64,000 bases of DNA from Mobula hypostoma (Eukaryota). The translations under genes were made by a program, and so were the position numbers. Where the stretch lies: positions 32,738,001 through 32,802,000 of the forward strand of contig NC_086097.1 of assembly GCF_963921235.1 (NCBI RefSeq). The letters run 5' to 3'. The notes under the pieces were generated by a model, which worked only from the letters and a program-made list of their open reading frames with translations, was not told where the DNA came from and searched no databases. This document shows, piece by piece, positions 25,475 through 38,899 of this stretch (positions are counted from its first letter, which is position 1; the number at the start of each line of letters is the position of its first letter).

Positions 25475-27170
25475 ATAGAAATGTACAGCACAAAAACAGG
25501 CCTTCAGCCCATCCATACCAAACCATTTAAAGTGCCTACTCTCACTGACCGGCACCAAGAACGTAGTCCTCGATACACCTCCCATCCATGCACCTATCCA
25601 AACTTCTCTTCATTGTTGAAATCAAGCTTGTATGCACCATTTTTGCTGGCAGCTCATTCCACACTCTCACGGCCCTCTGAGTGAAGAAGTTTCTCCTCAT
25701 CTTCTCCTTAAACTATTCATTTAAGGGGAAGATGAGGAGAAACTTCTCTCCTTAAACCATAACTTCTGGTTGCAGTCCCACTTAACCTCAGTGGATAAAG
25801 CCCGCTTGCATTTACTCTATGCACACCCCTCATAATGTTGTACACCTCTGTCAAATCTCTTTTCAGTCTTCTATGTTTCAAGAAATAAAGTCCTAACCTA
25901 TTCAATTTTTCCTTATAACCCAGGTCCTCCAGACCCGGCAACATCTTTGTAAATTTTCTCTGTACGCTTTGAATCTTATTTATATCTTTCCTTAGAAAGG
26001 TGCCCAAAACTGCAGGCAATACTCCATATTAGGCATTCCCAATGTCTTATACAACTTCCACATAACATCCCATCTCCTGTACTCAATACTTTAATTTATG
26101 AAGGCCAATGTGCCAAAACCTTTCATTATGACCCTACCTACCTGTGACATGACTTTCAATGAATCATGGATCTGTATTCCCAGATCCCTTTGTTCTGCCG
26201 CACTCCTCGGTGCCCTATCACTCACGGTGTAAGACCTACCCTGGTTGGTCCCAATGAAGTGCAAAACCTCGCACTGAATTACCTCTGCCACTTTTCAGCC
26301 CATTTCACCAGTGGTCCAGATCCCACTGTAAACCACGAAAGCCTTCCTTGCTTTCCACTAACCCCCAATCTTGGTGTCATCTGCACATTTGCTAATCCAT
26401 TTAACCACATTATCATCAGGATCGTCGGTATAGATGACAAACAACAACAGACTGTGCACTGATCCCTGCGGCACACCACTAGTCACAGGTCTTCAGTCAT
26501 GGAGGGAACCATCTACTATCACTCTATGGCTTTTCCCACAAAGCCAATGTCTAATCCAATTTCCTACCTCATCTTGAATGCCATATGACTGAACATTCTT
26601 GACCAACCTCCCATGCAGGACCTTGTCAAGTGCCTTGCTAAAGTCCACGTAGACAACGTCCACTGCCTTGCCTTCATCAACTTTTCTGCTAACTTCCTCA
26701 AAAAACTACAAGATTGGCTAAACACAACCTACCACGCACAAAGCCATGCTGACTACCCCAATCAGTCCCTGTCTATTCAAACACTCATATATCCAGTCCC
26801 TTAGAATACCGTCCAATAACTTTCCCACAACTGATGTCAGACTCACCAGCCTATAATTTCCTGGTTTATCCTTAGAGTCTTTCTTTAACAGCAGAACTAC
26901 ATTGGCTATCTCCAATCCTCTGGTCACTCACCTGTCACGAAGGATAATTTAAATATTTCTGCTGTGGCCTCAGCGATTTCTGCACTTGCCTCCCGCAGGG
27001 TCTGAGGGAACAGCTTGTCAGGCCCTGGGGATTTATCCACCCTAATTTGCCTCAACACAGCAAATACCTCCTCCTCCGTAATCTGAATAGGATCCATGAA
27101 GTAGATGCCACTTTGCCCACTTTTAAAGAAATAGTGTTCATCTCCTGAGAAAACACAGATGCAAAAAATT
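25475..27170 (-). mobile_element. Decayed CR1 LINE (RT and 3' end)
   Basis: KPGNYRLVSLTSVVGKLL, CEVLHF and QRKFTKMLPGLEDL. Confidence 0.85.
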
Positions 27171-27171
27171 C

Positions 27172-27850
27172 AGAATCCGAATCAGGTTTATTATCACCGG
27201 CGTGTGACGTGAAATTTGTTAACTTAGCAGCAGCAGTTCAATGCAATACATAATCTAGCAGAGAGAAAAAAAAGTAATAATAATAATAATAAATAAAATA
27301 AAACATGATAAATAAACAAATCAATTACATATATGGAATAGATTATAAAAAATGTGCAAAAACAGAAAAACTGTACAGTATATTAAAGAAAGTGAGGTAG
27401 TGTCCAAAGCTTCAAAGTCTATTTAGGAATCGGATGGCAGAGGGGAAGAAGCTGTTCCTGAATCACTGAGTGTGTGCCTTCAGGCTTCTGTATCTCCTAC
27501 CTGATGGTAACAGTGAGAAAAGGACATGCCCTGGGTGCTGGAGGTCCTTAATAATGGACGCTGCCTTTCTGAGATGCCGCTCCCTGAAGATGTCCTGGGT
27601 ACTTTGTAGGCTAGTGCCCAAGATGGAGCTGACTAGATTTACAACCTTCTGCAGCTTCTTTCTGTGCAGTAGCCCCTCCATACCAGACAGTGATGCAGTC
27701 TGTCAGAATGCTCTCCACGGTGCAAGTATAGAATTTTTGAGCGTATTTTTTTTGACATACCAAATCGCTTCAAACTCTTAATAAAGTATAGCTGCTGTCT
27801 TGCCTTCTTTATAACTACATCAATATGCTGGGACCAGGTTAGATTCTCAG
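27172..27850 (-). mobile_element. Rex1/Babar-type LINE 3' end
   Basis: SENLTWSQHI..KKARQQLYF and IIKDLQHPGHVLFSLLPSGRRYRSL. The tail has aataaacctgattcggattctga on the minus strand. Confidence 0.8.
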
Positions 27851-27869
27851 AAGTTTGGATAGCAAGGCA

Positions 27870-29240
27870 TATGACAAGGTCCTGCATGGGAGGTTGGTCA
27901 AGAATTCATCAGCCACTCCTTCAAGATGAGGTGGTAAATTGGATTAGATATTGGCTTTGTGGAGAAGCCAGAGAGTGGTAGTAGAGGCCTGTGACTAGTG
28001 GTGTGTCTCATGCTGTTAGTCATTTATATCAAAATAAAGGCATCCGTTAGTCTTGCGAGACCATGGATCTGCACCTAGAAAGTCTTCACTTCTCCAGGGC
28101 GCAGGCCTGGGCAAGGTTGTATGGAAGACCGGCAGTTGCCCATGCTGCAAGTCTCCCTTCTCCATGACGCCAATGCTGTCCAAGGGGAGGGCAAGGGCCG
28201 ATACAGCTTGGCACCAGTGTCGTCGCAGAGCACTGTGTGATTAAGTGCCTTGCTCAAGGTCACAACACGCTGCCTTGGCTGGGGCTCACGACCTTCAGAT
28301 CGCTAGTCAAATGCCTTAACCACTTGGCCACGCGCCCACACATTTATATCAATAATCTGGATAATATGGTTAACTGGATCAGCAAATTTGCAGATGACAC
28401 CAAGACTGGGGGTGTAGTAGACAGCGAGAAAGACAATCAATTTTTGCAGCGGGCTCTGGACCAGCTGGAAAAATGGGCTGAAAATGGCAGATGGAATTTA
28501 ATGCAGACAAGTGTGAGGTATTGCACTTTGGGAGGACCGCCCAGGGTAGGTCTTACACAGTGAACGGTAGGGCACTGAGGAGTGTGGTAAAGCATAGAGA
28601 TCTGGGAATACAGGTCCATAATTTGTTGAAAGTGGTGTCACAGGGAGATAGGGTCATAAAGAAAGCTTTTGGCACATTGGCATTCATAGATCCAAGTATT
28701 GAGTACAGGAGTTGGGATGTTATGTTGAAGTTGTACAAGATGTTGGCGAGGTCTTATTTGGAGTATTGTGTGCAGCTTTAGTCACTGACCTAAAAGAAAG
28801 ATGTAAATAAGATTGCAAGAGTACAGAGAAAATTTACATTGATGTTGCCTGGTCTATAGGATCAGTTATAAGAGAAGATTGAATTCGTTCACACCTTGTT
28901 CCCTAGAACGCAGAAGACTGAGAGGAGATTTGATAGAGATTTACAAAATTATGAGGGGTATCGATAGGAGAAATGCAAGCAGCCTTTCTCCACTGAGGTG
29001 AGACTACAACTAGAGGTCATGGGTTGAGGGTGAAAGGTGAAATGTTTAAGGGAAACATGAGGGGAAAGTTCTTCACTCAGAGGGTGGTGTGAGTGTGAAA
29101 CAAGTGCTGTAATTTCAATTACGGCATTCGAGAGAGGCTTGGATAGGTACATGGATGGGAAGGGTGCAGAGAGGAACTAGGCAGTTTAAACAGTTCAGCA
29201 GGGACTAGATGGGCCAAAGGGCCTGTTTGTGTGCTGGAGT
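27870..29240 (+). mobile_element. Decayed CR1 LINE interrupted by a SINE
   Basis: IYINNLD, SKFADDTK, MEFNADKCEVLHFG and a ttttctatgactatg tail. Confidence 0.85.
28033..28340 (-). mobile_element. tRNA-headed SINE with a CORE-like domain, 12-bp TSD
   Basis: TSD catttatatcaa at 28021-28032 and 28341-28352. The minus strand starts with an A-box-like gtggccaagtggttaagg and contains tgtgaccttgagcaaggcacttaa (CORE-like). Confidence 0.8.
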
Positions 29241-29874
29241 TTTCTATGACTATGTTTTAAGTGGGAAATTAAATGCTGGAGGAACTCTGCAGGTCATAGA
29301 GCAACACAACATGGAAACAAGGCATTCGGCCCAACTGGTTCATACCAACCCATTCATCCTCCCTATTAGTGCCAGTTGCCTGTGTTTGGCCCAGACCTGA
29401 CCCCCAAGCCCTCCATGTACGTCTCCAAATGCCTCATAGATGTTGCAATTGTGTCCACCTCCACCGCGTCCTCGGGCAGCTCATCCCAGTACTCATTATC
29501 CTCCGTGTTAAGATGTTATCTCTCATGTCTCTTTTAAATCTCTCCCCTCCTGTCTTGTACCTGTGCCCTCTGGTTTGGACTCACCAATCCAGAGGAAAAG
29601 ACTATGACTGTCCACCTTATCCATACCCGCATGGTTTTAGAAACTTCTCTGTACTTATCTTATTCTTCTGAACTCCAAGGAGTAATCCAGCGTGGCCAAA
29701 CTGTCCCTGTAACCCAAGCCCTGAGTCCAAGCAGCACCCCAGGTTTAAATATCCAGCATGGCCAAACTGTCCCAAGCCCACTAGTCCAGGCAGCATCTCG
29801 GGTTTATTTCTGGAGATACAACCTGGAACAGGCTCTTCCAGCTCTGAACCGCACCACCCAGCAACCCACCAATT

Positions 29875-30060
29875 TAACCCCAGCCTAATCACAGGACAGC
29901 TTACAATGACCAATTACCCTGACTGGTAGATCGGATAATCAGAGGGAGGAAATCGGACCACCCGAAGGAAACTTACACGGTCGCAAGGAGAATTTACAAA
30001 CTCCTCACAGGCAGAGGTGGGTCACTGGTGCTGTAAAGCACTGTGCTAATCACTACTCTC
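29875..30060 (-). mobile_element. Decayed V-type SINE
   Basis: Minus strand gaggagtttgtaaattctccttgcgaccgtgtaagtttccttcgggtggtccgatttcctccc. Confidence 0.6.
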
Positions 30061-30419
30061 ATCTCTTCTTCACCCTCTCCTGCTCAACACGGAGGGGGGT
30101 GGGGGCTGGTTTCTGTCATGGCCTGAACTGTGCTCACAGCTCTCTGCAGTTTCTTGCGGCCACGGACAGAGTGCTTGCCGTGTCGAGCCGGGATAATCCA
30201 GATAGGCTGCTTTCAATGGTGCATCGATAAGATCCCTCCTCAATCTCCAAGACTCCCAAGAATAAAGTCTGCTCAACATCTCCCTACAACTCAAGAGTCT
30301 TGAGAGCCCTGGCAAAATTCTCATTAATATTATTTTGTGCTTTTTCCTGCTAACCGGGATGTGCAGACTCCAGTGAAGAGGTAGGACGGGTGCTGTTGCG
30401 ACGGGTGGGTGTCCACCAC

Positions 30420-30760
30420 TCTCGCAGGCTCTCTATGAGCTCTTGATACTTGGACCCAGCCCTATCCCGAACGCTCCTCCACAATTGAGAGAGGTGGGGC
30501 GACAGAGATTCCCCAGGAGTCGGAGGGAAAGTTTAGTTCCTTCAAGGCAGCTTTGACCATATCCTTGAATCTTTGGTTTTGACCCTCTGGAAATCTCTGC
30601 CTGTACTGGGGTTTGCAAATAGATGTTCGGCTTTGTGAGTCTGCTGCTGGGATGCGAGCTGTGGCTTGATCAGTGAGGTGCAGGAGCTTGGGTCCTGAGG
30701 CTGGGGAGGTCAGCCCAGGATGGGACACCTTCCTTCCAGTGGATTTGCAGGGGTTTGTAG
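30420..30760 (-). mobile_element. RTE-clade LINE 3' fragment
   Basis: PEGQNQRFKDMVKAALKELNF..DSW is typical of the RTE/BovB-like C-terminus. Confidence 0.55.
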
Positions 30761-31711
30761 AGATGGGACAAGGTTGACAAGGTGAGGAAATTCTTGGATG
30801 ATTGGGGAGATGGTGAATTAAGTGAGAGGAAACAGAAATCAAAAGGAGCCCTTCACAACTATAATGAAGCTGGAAGAGAGGAGACTTAGGAGAGCCAAGA
30901 GGGGCCATGAGAAATGCTTTGAAAACAGGATTAACAAATCCCAGGATAGTCTCTACACCATGTCGGGAGCAAGAGGAAAACTAGGAAGTGTGTAGTTTTA
31001 TGCGATGATAACTGTCCTCACTGGGTTGGGTCACAGGTCTTGTGCGTTTGGTGTATAGCGTTGTGGGGTTGGGGCCACTGAGAGGTCAGAGATCCTGGAG
31101 TTTGGGGTCAGAGGCCCTGGGGCTGGTATCCACACGTAAGCCTCCCACTGCTGCAGTTGGACACATCTCCACCACTCTGGGAGACTGGGTTCAGAGGATG
31201 GTGGGTGGCAGAGATCTTTGAGATTTCTGGGGTTGTGGCTCAGCTGGTGGAACATCTGTAGGGATGCAAGGTGGAGGAGATATCCGTAACTGCTGTCTCA
31301 CTCCCTCTGTCCCATCCCACTGCTCTCCACAACTCCTCCATCCCTCCCACACTTCCTGCCCCACTAACCACACATGGCATGGAGTTGTCTGTGTGTCTGG
31401 CCCCACCTGTCTATGAGAGGGTGTGTTGCAGTCACCATGTCAGGTAATATCTCCATCATGGTCTTGTCCAGCAAATCAAACACACATCGCTGAGAGAAGG
31501 TAATGTTCACCAAAGATGCCCACCATTCGGCCCCTGCCATCTTCTCAACACTACCATGAATCAGGAGGTACCAAAGCCTGAAATCCCACACCACCAGGTT
31601 CAGAAACAGCAACTTCTCTTCAACCAGTCAGCTCAAGTCAACTGGCATAACTCTAATCACTACAACCGCTTTGCAATATAATGGACTTTATTTTGTTTCA
31701 ATTGTGTTTTG

Positions 31712-34700
31712 CATAGAACATAGAATAATACAGCACAGTACAGGCCCTTTGGCACACAATATTGTGCTGACCCTTAACCCCCCCCACCTTAAATTCCTCC
31801 ATATACCTGTCTAGTAGTTTCTTAAATTTCACTAGTGTATCTGCCTCCACCACTGACTTAGGTAGTGCATTCCATGCACAAACCACTCTCTGCGTAAAAA
31901 ACCTTCCTCTAATATCCCTCTTGAACTTACCACCCCTTACCTTAAAGCCATGTCCTCTTGTATTGAGCAGTGGTGCCCTGGGGAAGAGGCACTGGCTGTC
32001 CACTCTATCTATTCCTCTTATTATCTTGGATACCTCTATCATGTCTCCTCTCATCTTCCTTCTCTCCAGAGAGTAAAGCTCTAGCTCCCTTAAACTCTGA
32101 TCATAATGCATACTCTCTAAACCAGGCAGCATCCTGGTAAATCTCCTCTGTACCCTTTCCAGTGCTTCCACATCCTTCCTATAGTGAGGCAACCAGAAAT
32201 GGACACAGTACTCCAAGTGTGGCCTAACCAGAGTTTTATAGAGCTGCATCATTACATCGCGACTCTTAAACTCTGTCCCCCGACTTATGAAAGCTAACAC
32301 CCCATAAGCTTTCTTAACTACCCTATCTACCTGTGAGGCAACTTTCAGGGATCCGTGGACATGTACCCCCAGATCCCTCTGCTCCTCCACACTACCAAGT
32401 ATCCTGCCATTTACTTTGTACTCTGCCTTGGAGTTTGTCCTTCCAAAGTGTAACACCTCACACTTCACCAGGTTGAACTCCATCTGCCACTTCTCAGCCC
32501 ACTTCTGCATCCTATCAATGTCTCTCTGCAATCTTCGACAATCCTCTACACTATCCACAACACCACAAACCTTTGTGTCGTCTGCAAACTTGCCAACTCA
32601 CCCTTCTACCCCCACATCCAGGTCGTTAATAAAAATCACGAAAAGTAGAGGTCCCAGAACAGATCTTTGTGGGACACCACTAGTCACAATCCTCCAATCC
32701 GAATGTACTCCCTCCACTACGACCCTCTGCTTTCTGCAGGCAAGCCAATTCTGAATCCACCCGGCCAAACTTCCCTGGATCCTATGCCTTCTGACTTTCT
32801 GAATAAGCCTACCGTGTGGAACCTTGTCAAATGCCTTACCAAGATCCATGTAGATCACATCCACTGCACTACCCTCATCTATATGCCTGGTCACCTCCTC
32901 AAAGAACTCTATCAGGCTTGTTGGACATGATCTGCCCTTCACAAAGCTATGCTGACTGTCCCTGATCAGATCATGATTCTCCAAATGCTTATAGATCCTA
33001 TCTCTAAGAATCTTTTCCAACAGCTTTCGCACAACAGACGTAAGGCTCACTGGTCTATAATTACCCGGACTATCCCTACTACCTTTTTTTTGAACAAGGG
33101 GACAACGTTCGCCTCCCTCCAATCCTCCGGTAGCATTTCTGTGGACAATGAGGACATAAAGATCCTTGCCAGAGGCTCAGCAATCTCTTCCCTCGCCTCG
33201 TGGAGCAGCCTGGGGAATATTCCGTCAGGCCCCGGGGACTTATCCATCCGAATGTATTTTAACAACTCCAACACCTCTCCCTTAATATCAACATGCTCCA
33301 GAACATCAACCTCACTCATATTGTCCTCACCGTCATCAAGTTCCCTCTCATTGGTGAATACCAAAGAGAAGTATTCGTTGAGGACCTCGCTCACTTCCAC
33401 AGCCTCCAGGCACATCTTCCCATCTTTATCTCTAATGGGTCCTACCTTCACTCCTGTCATCCTTTTGTTCTTCACATAATTGAAGAATGCCTTGGGGTTT
33501 TCCTTTACCCTACTCGCCAAGGCCTTCTCATGCCCCCTTCTTGCTCTTCTCAGCCCCTTCTTAAGCTCCTTTCTTGCTTCCCTATATTCCTCAATAGACC
33601 CATCTGATCCTTGCTTCCTAAACCTCATGTATGCTGCCTTCTTCCACCTGACTAGATTTTCCACCTCACTTGTCATCCATGGTTCCTTCACCCTACCATT
33701 CTTTATCTTCCTCACCGGGACAAATTTATCCTTAACATCCTGCAAGAGATCCCTAAACATCGACCACATGTCCATAGTACATTTCCCTGCTAAAACATCA
33801 TCCCAATTCACACCCACAAGTTCTAGCCTTACAGCCTCATAATTTGCCCTTCCCCAATTAAAATTTTTCCTGCCCTCTCTGATTCTATCCTTTTCCATGA
33901 TGATGGTAAAGGCCAGGGAGCGGTGATCACTGTCCCTCAGATGCTCACCCACTGAGGGATCTGTGACCTGACCTGGTTCGTTTAATAGTACTAGATCTAG
34001 TATGGCATTCCCCCAGTCGGCCTGTCCACATACTGTGACAGGAATCCATCCTGGACACACTTAACAAACTACATCATAATTCCATGTATGTATCCAAGCT
34101 CTCAGTTCATCACCTTTGTTCCTGATGCTTCTTGCATTGAAGTACATTCACTTTAGCCCTTCTACCTTACTACCTTTACACCCTTTATTCTGCTTCTCTT
34201 TCCTCAAAGCCTCTTTATATGTTAGATCTGGCTTTACTCCATGTACTATACTTTCAGTTTTTGCGTGACCTTTATCCTCCTCCTCCTCACTATCTGCTCT
34301 AACACTCTGGTTCCCCTCTCCCTGCAAATCTAATTTAAACCTCCCAGAGCAACACTAGCAAACCTTCCCGCAAGGATGTTAGTCCCCCTCCAGTTCAGGT
34401 GCAACCCGTCCCATCGGAACAGGTCCCACCTTCCCTGGAACAAGGCCCAATTGTCCAGAAACATGAAGCCCTCCTTCCTGCACCAACTCCTTAGCCACGT
34501 ATTTAGCTGCATTATCTTCTTAATTTCTAGCCTCACTAGCACATGGCACAGGTAGCAATCCTGAGATTGCAACCCTGGAGGTCCTGTCCTTCAACTTTGC
34601 ACTCAACTCCCTAAATTCTCTTTGCAGGACCTCTTCCTTCTTCCTATCCACATCATTGGTCCCTACATGGCCCATGACAGCTGGCTGCTCACCCTCCCTC

Positions 34701-34850
34701 TTGAGAATACTGAGAACTCGATCTGAGATATCGTGGACCCTGGCACCAGGGAGGCAACAGACCATCCGGAATTCTCCATCTCTTCCACAGAACCTCTTAT
34801 CTGTCCCTCTATTGAATCCCCTATCACTACTGCTCTCCTCTTTCCCCTCC
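31712..34850 (-). mobile_element. CR1 LINE with ORF1 esterase fragment, largely deleted endonuclease and frameshifted RT
   Basis: ORF1 CCLPGARV, HVGTND and DGLHLN; ORF2 [22 protein letters not shown] and FFTQRVV; (ttctatg)n tail at ~31712-31726. Confidence 0.93.
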
Positions 34851-36694
34851 TTCCCTTCTGTCTTGTAGAATTTTGTATAATTTACGTTTATTTTATGTTT
34901 CTCTTGTGAACATAGCATCCCTAAGATTCGATGCCACAGTACTGCTGCAGATAAGTTTTACACATCTTGTGCATTTAATAAACCCAACTTTGACTTTGGA
35001 AGGCGCTGGTTTCTGGGCAACTGTAGACACACACCTGTTCCTCGCCCACTTAGTATGAGACTGCTTGTATACTGAGCACCAAGGGGTAAACTTCTCCTTC
35101 CCCTGCAGTGAGGGGTGGGGTTGGAGGGAAGTTCCTTGTGATCTACCCACAGCTCCATCACTCCATGGAAAGACAAGGCTCTGCGAGACTCCAAGGAAGA
35201 TTGGAAGCTGATAGAAGAGTCAGACACCATTCAGGTATTTATTTGTACAATTAAATCATACAAAATGGAAATACAAACTATTCATCAAAAAAAAAACTCA
35301 GCCCATGCTGGACTTTGGAGATCTCAGGGTTTGTACATAACAGATGCAGTCAATACATCCTGCTCCTACAAAAACCTCCTCACCCTCCACACGTGCAGAC
35401 TCACCACAGGAGCAAAGATCAGAAACATTAGCAAACCAGAGGACGATCTGTGATCCATTACCCTGTTCCTCCTTGGCTGCTGGAGCAGTTTCCCTGTCTG
35501 CAGGGTTTCAGCCGATACTTAGATCTCGCACTCCAAGCCCCCATGAGGAGATTGCTGGTAAACCCAGGGGCGTCCCTCTGCATTGACCCGATACTGTCCC
35601 AAACCTGTCAACTCAGGACTTGCCTCACTCATTGGGTGAGGCTTCTGCTGCACTGACAAAACAGGTGCCAGTTCCGGTTAAAAACCTCTGCTAAGGGCAC
35701 TCCATACACTGCCTGTTGGAGACATTACAAAGCATTGTGTGGACTGAGCACAGAACAGACACAAGGGCCTCTTCTCCTGTGCATTACTCTCCGACCATTC
35801 AGTAGAATTGTAACAGAGCACATTGCCCACCAGACCCTTCTGCACTGTGTCAGTCAGCAGAGGAGTTAGACTGGTCTGATACACCAAGCCAAGTTCTCAC
35901 TCACTGCTCTGAGGGGGAGTGTTCATTGCAACATTTAAGACAAGTTTGGATGTGAGGGGTATGTTGGGTTGATGGAAGTAAGCAGAACAGTTCAGCATGG
36001 ACTAGATGGGCCAAAGGGCCTGCTCCTGTGCTGGGCTGTACTGTTCTATAATAAAATAAAATTCCTCCTCATAGTTAGAGTATTCCCACAGTGTCGAGCT
36101 GAGCTACACACAAGGAAAAGGGCATCTATTTTGTACACTGCAAGAAATCACAAAACGGGGGTGATCACAGTGCTTTGCGTTGGGTTTTAGCATTTATAAA
36201 GATGAGAGAGATCTACCTAGATCCTGGGGTTAATCCAGTGGATCTGGTGGGGTTCTGATTTTCCTTCATGCATGGAGGGCATTTCCAGGATGTACTGGCG
36301 TTTGTTTTATGGGGATTTCAGTCCCTGAACTGCAAAGGATGAGGATGTCAGAATGCTTTGACGACGGTACCAGGCAGTTGAACACAGTTTGTGCGAGGGC
36401 TTAGCCATAACAGAAACTTTCCAGAATTTCCAAATGCACTATTGATGAGGAAGAACATCACAGCAGGTCACAGAGGATATCTCAGGGGTGAGATGATATG
36501 GGTAAACTTAGAAATAATAAGGGGCAATAAATTATAATCACAAGAGATTCTGCAGATGCTGAACACACACAAAATGCTGGAGGAACTCCAAGACCAGACT
36601 ACTTGCATACAAAGCAGCTCGAGTATAGAACTGCAACACACATCAAAGTTGCTGGTGAACGCAGCAGGCCAGGCAGCATCTCTAGGAAGAGGTA

Positions 36695-36731
36695 CAGTCG
36701 ACGTTTCAGGCCGAGACCCTTCGTCAGGACT
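36695..36731 (-). ncRNA. Minimal type-I hammerhead ribozyme motif in a PLE terminal repeat
   Basis: agtc-CTGACGA-a-gggt-ctcg-gcct-GAAAC-GTC-gactg. Stem I agtc/gact; palindromic ACGT stem III. Confidence 0.75.
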
Positions 36732-37339
36732 AACTCGCAATAAAGAGATCCAGAGCAGGCAGAAGACCAGAGTGGGGTGTCCATGAAGAAGAGGAGGGTT
36801 GAAGACGGGAGAAGGGGTCATCGGTGAAGAGTCCTTGCTGAAGAAGTAGGCTCAGAGACGGAGACGGGGGAAGAAGAGTTCCGCATCATGGTGAACACGG
36901 AACTCGCTGAGGTGTGGGCGAAGGGGGACAAAGGTGAGGCCCTTACTGAGGACAGAGCGTTCTGCCTCTGACAGTTGAACATCGGAGGGGATGGTAAAGA
37001 CCCGGCACGGATGAAAGCTGGGATCAGAGGGGGGAGGGGGGGGCTGGGGGTGTCAGTGGAGAGTGGAGGGTTGGGGTGAGAGGAAGATGGAGCCTCTGAG
37101 TACCCAGGAGCTGACGATGGGATCTGAGGGAGACGGGATTGCAGAGTATTGGTGGGGGAAGGGGAGGCGGGAGTCACAATAGCAGCACATAAAGACCCGG
37201 CCTGGAGTTCAAGGCTGGAGTCGCAGTTGGTGGTTGCGCAATCACTTTGAAGGTGTCCATGGTCATTGCTGGAGTCCGGGTTTTGAATATGCCCTGAGGT
37301 GTTGGAGCCGGCGAGATCAATGGCAGAGGCAATCTAGTT

Positions 37340-37376
37340 AGTTCTGACGAAGGGTCTCGGCCTGAAACGTCGACTG
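37340..37376 (+). ncRNA. Minimal type-I hammerhead ribozyme motif in a PLE terminal repeat
   Basis: agtt-CTGACGA(37344-37350)-a-gggt-ctcg-gcct-GAAAC-GTC-gactg. Confidence 0.72.
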
Positions 37377-38899
37377 TACCTCTTCCTAGAGATGCTGCCT
37401 GGCCTGCTGCGTTCACCAGCAACTTTGATGTGTGTTGCTTGAATTTCCAACATCTGCAGAATTCCTGTTGTTCGAGTATAGAACTCTTGGCTTCTAACAT
37501 AGACACTGTTTCCTTTTAAATAGGTTCTCCTGGGAGACTGACAACCATGCTTGTGCTAAGCTCAGAAGACATGCTGATGTGTGGTACACACACACACAAC
37601 CATCGAGGCAATGAGGTTCAGACCCGGAGCTGATACATTCCACTCCAGCCCAGACTCAGAGTACCTCTGCATCCTCAGCAAAGTTAGCATGTGCATTTGA
37701 CCCTCCCCAATATTTAACAATGCACCATAGGCAGGACCACGATGCTATCCAGATGCATCACAGCTGGTATGACCGTAAGAAACTGCAGGAAGTTGTGGAC
37801 AAAGCTCAGCACATCACCAAAACCAGCCTCTCCTCCATGGACTGTCTATACTTTTGAAATGCCTCAGCCGACATAATTGAAGACCCCGTCCACCCCAGAC
37901 ATCCTCTCTTCTCTCCCCTCCAATCAGGCAGAATATACAAAAGCCTGACAGCACGTACCACCAGGCTCATGGACAGCTTTGATCCCAGTTATCAGATTCT
38001 TGAACGAACCGCTGAAACGATAAGATAGTTTCTTGACCTCACAATCTACTTTGTCATGGCCTTGCACCTCATTGTCTGTCTGCACTCCACTCTCTCTGAA
38101 ACTGTCACTCTTTATTCTGCATTCTGTTTCAGTATTTTTGTTAGAATGAACAGAATGCAAGACAAATTTTCACGGTACATCAATACATGTTTATTTGGAC
38201 AATAAACTATAGAGTCATAGTCAGAGTCTTAGAGCACTACAGCACAGAATCAGGCCCTTCAGCCAATTTAGTCCAAGCTGAACTATTAAAACCGATTTAC
38301 CAGTGTCTCACCACTACTTGCCAATGGGTCATTGGTCCAGGCTTCCAAACCCTCAGGAACATTACTGATCTACTGAGCACACTACATAAGACCATTGGCA
38401 CGGGTTAACCAAACTACAACAGGAGTTTATTTCTGAAAGGACAATTGAGGAGATTTTGCTCAATCCAAAAGTGAACGTGGAAACACCGGATCTATTCAGT
38501 GGGTCGGCCAACAGTAATGTAAAGAAGTCAACATTTCGGAGCTGATGAGTGTGAAAACAAGGAGAGAAACAAAGGGAGGCTAGTTAGAACAGAGGGATAG
38601 GTTGTGGACCCACACATATTGGAGGGTGGGAAGGACATTACTGGAAGAAGGCAAGCTCGGAATGGAATCTGGAAAAAAAAATTAAACATTTGAATATGTG
38701 AGGTAACAAACTGGAGTGGCTGGTTATCTGAAAGAGTTGATTTGAAGGTGAGACTCCGCAAGCAGTAACATACTCCATCAGAAGTGTGGGTGATGTTTCT
38801 TGAGCCCATGTTCAGCTGCGTAGAATAGTTTAGGAGGCCAGAGAAAGATCAGAGTGTGAACTGGACAGAGTCAAATGACAGCCGACTACAACTTAGAGC

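Larger units (their letters stand above)
36633..37471 (-). mobile_element. PLE insertion with inverted terminal repeats around an ORF fragment, 14-bp TSD
   Basis: TSD tcgagtatagaact at 36619-36632 and 37472-37485. ~100-bp inverted repeats at 36633-36735 and 37336-37438. The interior reads RVFTIPSDVQLSEAERSVLSKGLTFVPLRPHLSEFRVHHDAELFF on the minus strand (PLE ORF N-terminal region). Confidence 0.9.

Noticed and set aside
28270..28340. A second tRNA gene on the minus strand
   Set aside because: It is the head of a TSD-flanked SINE, and the T arm and B box are incomplete.
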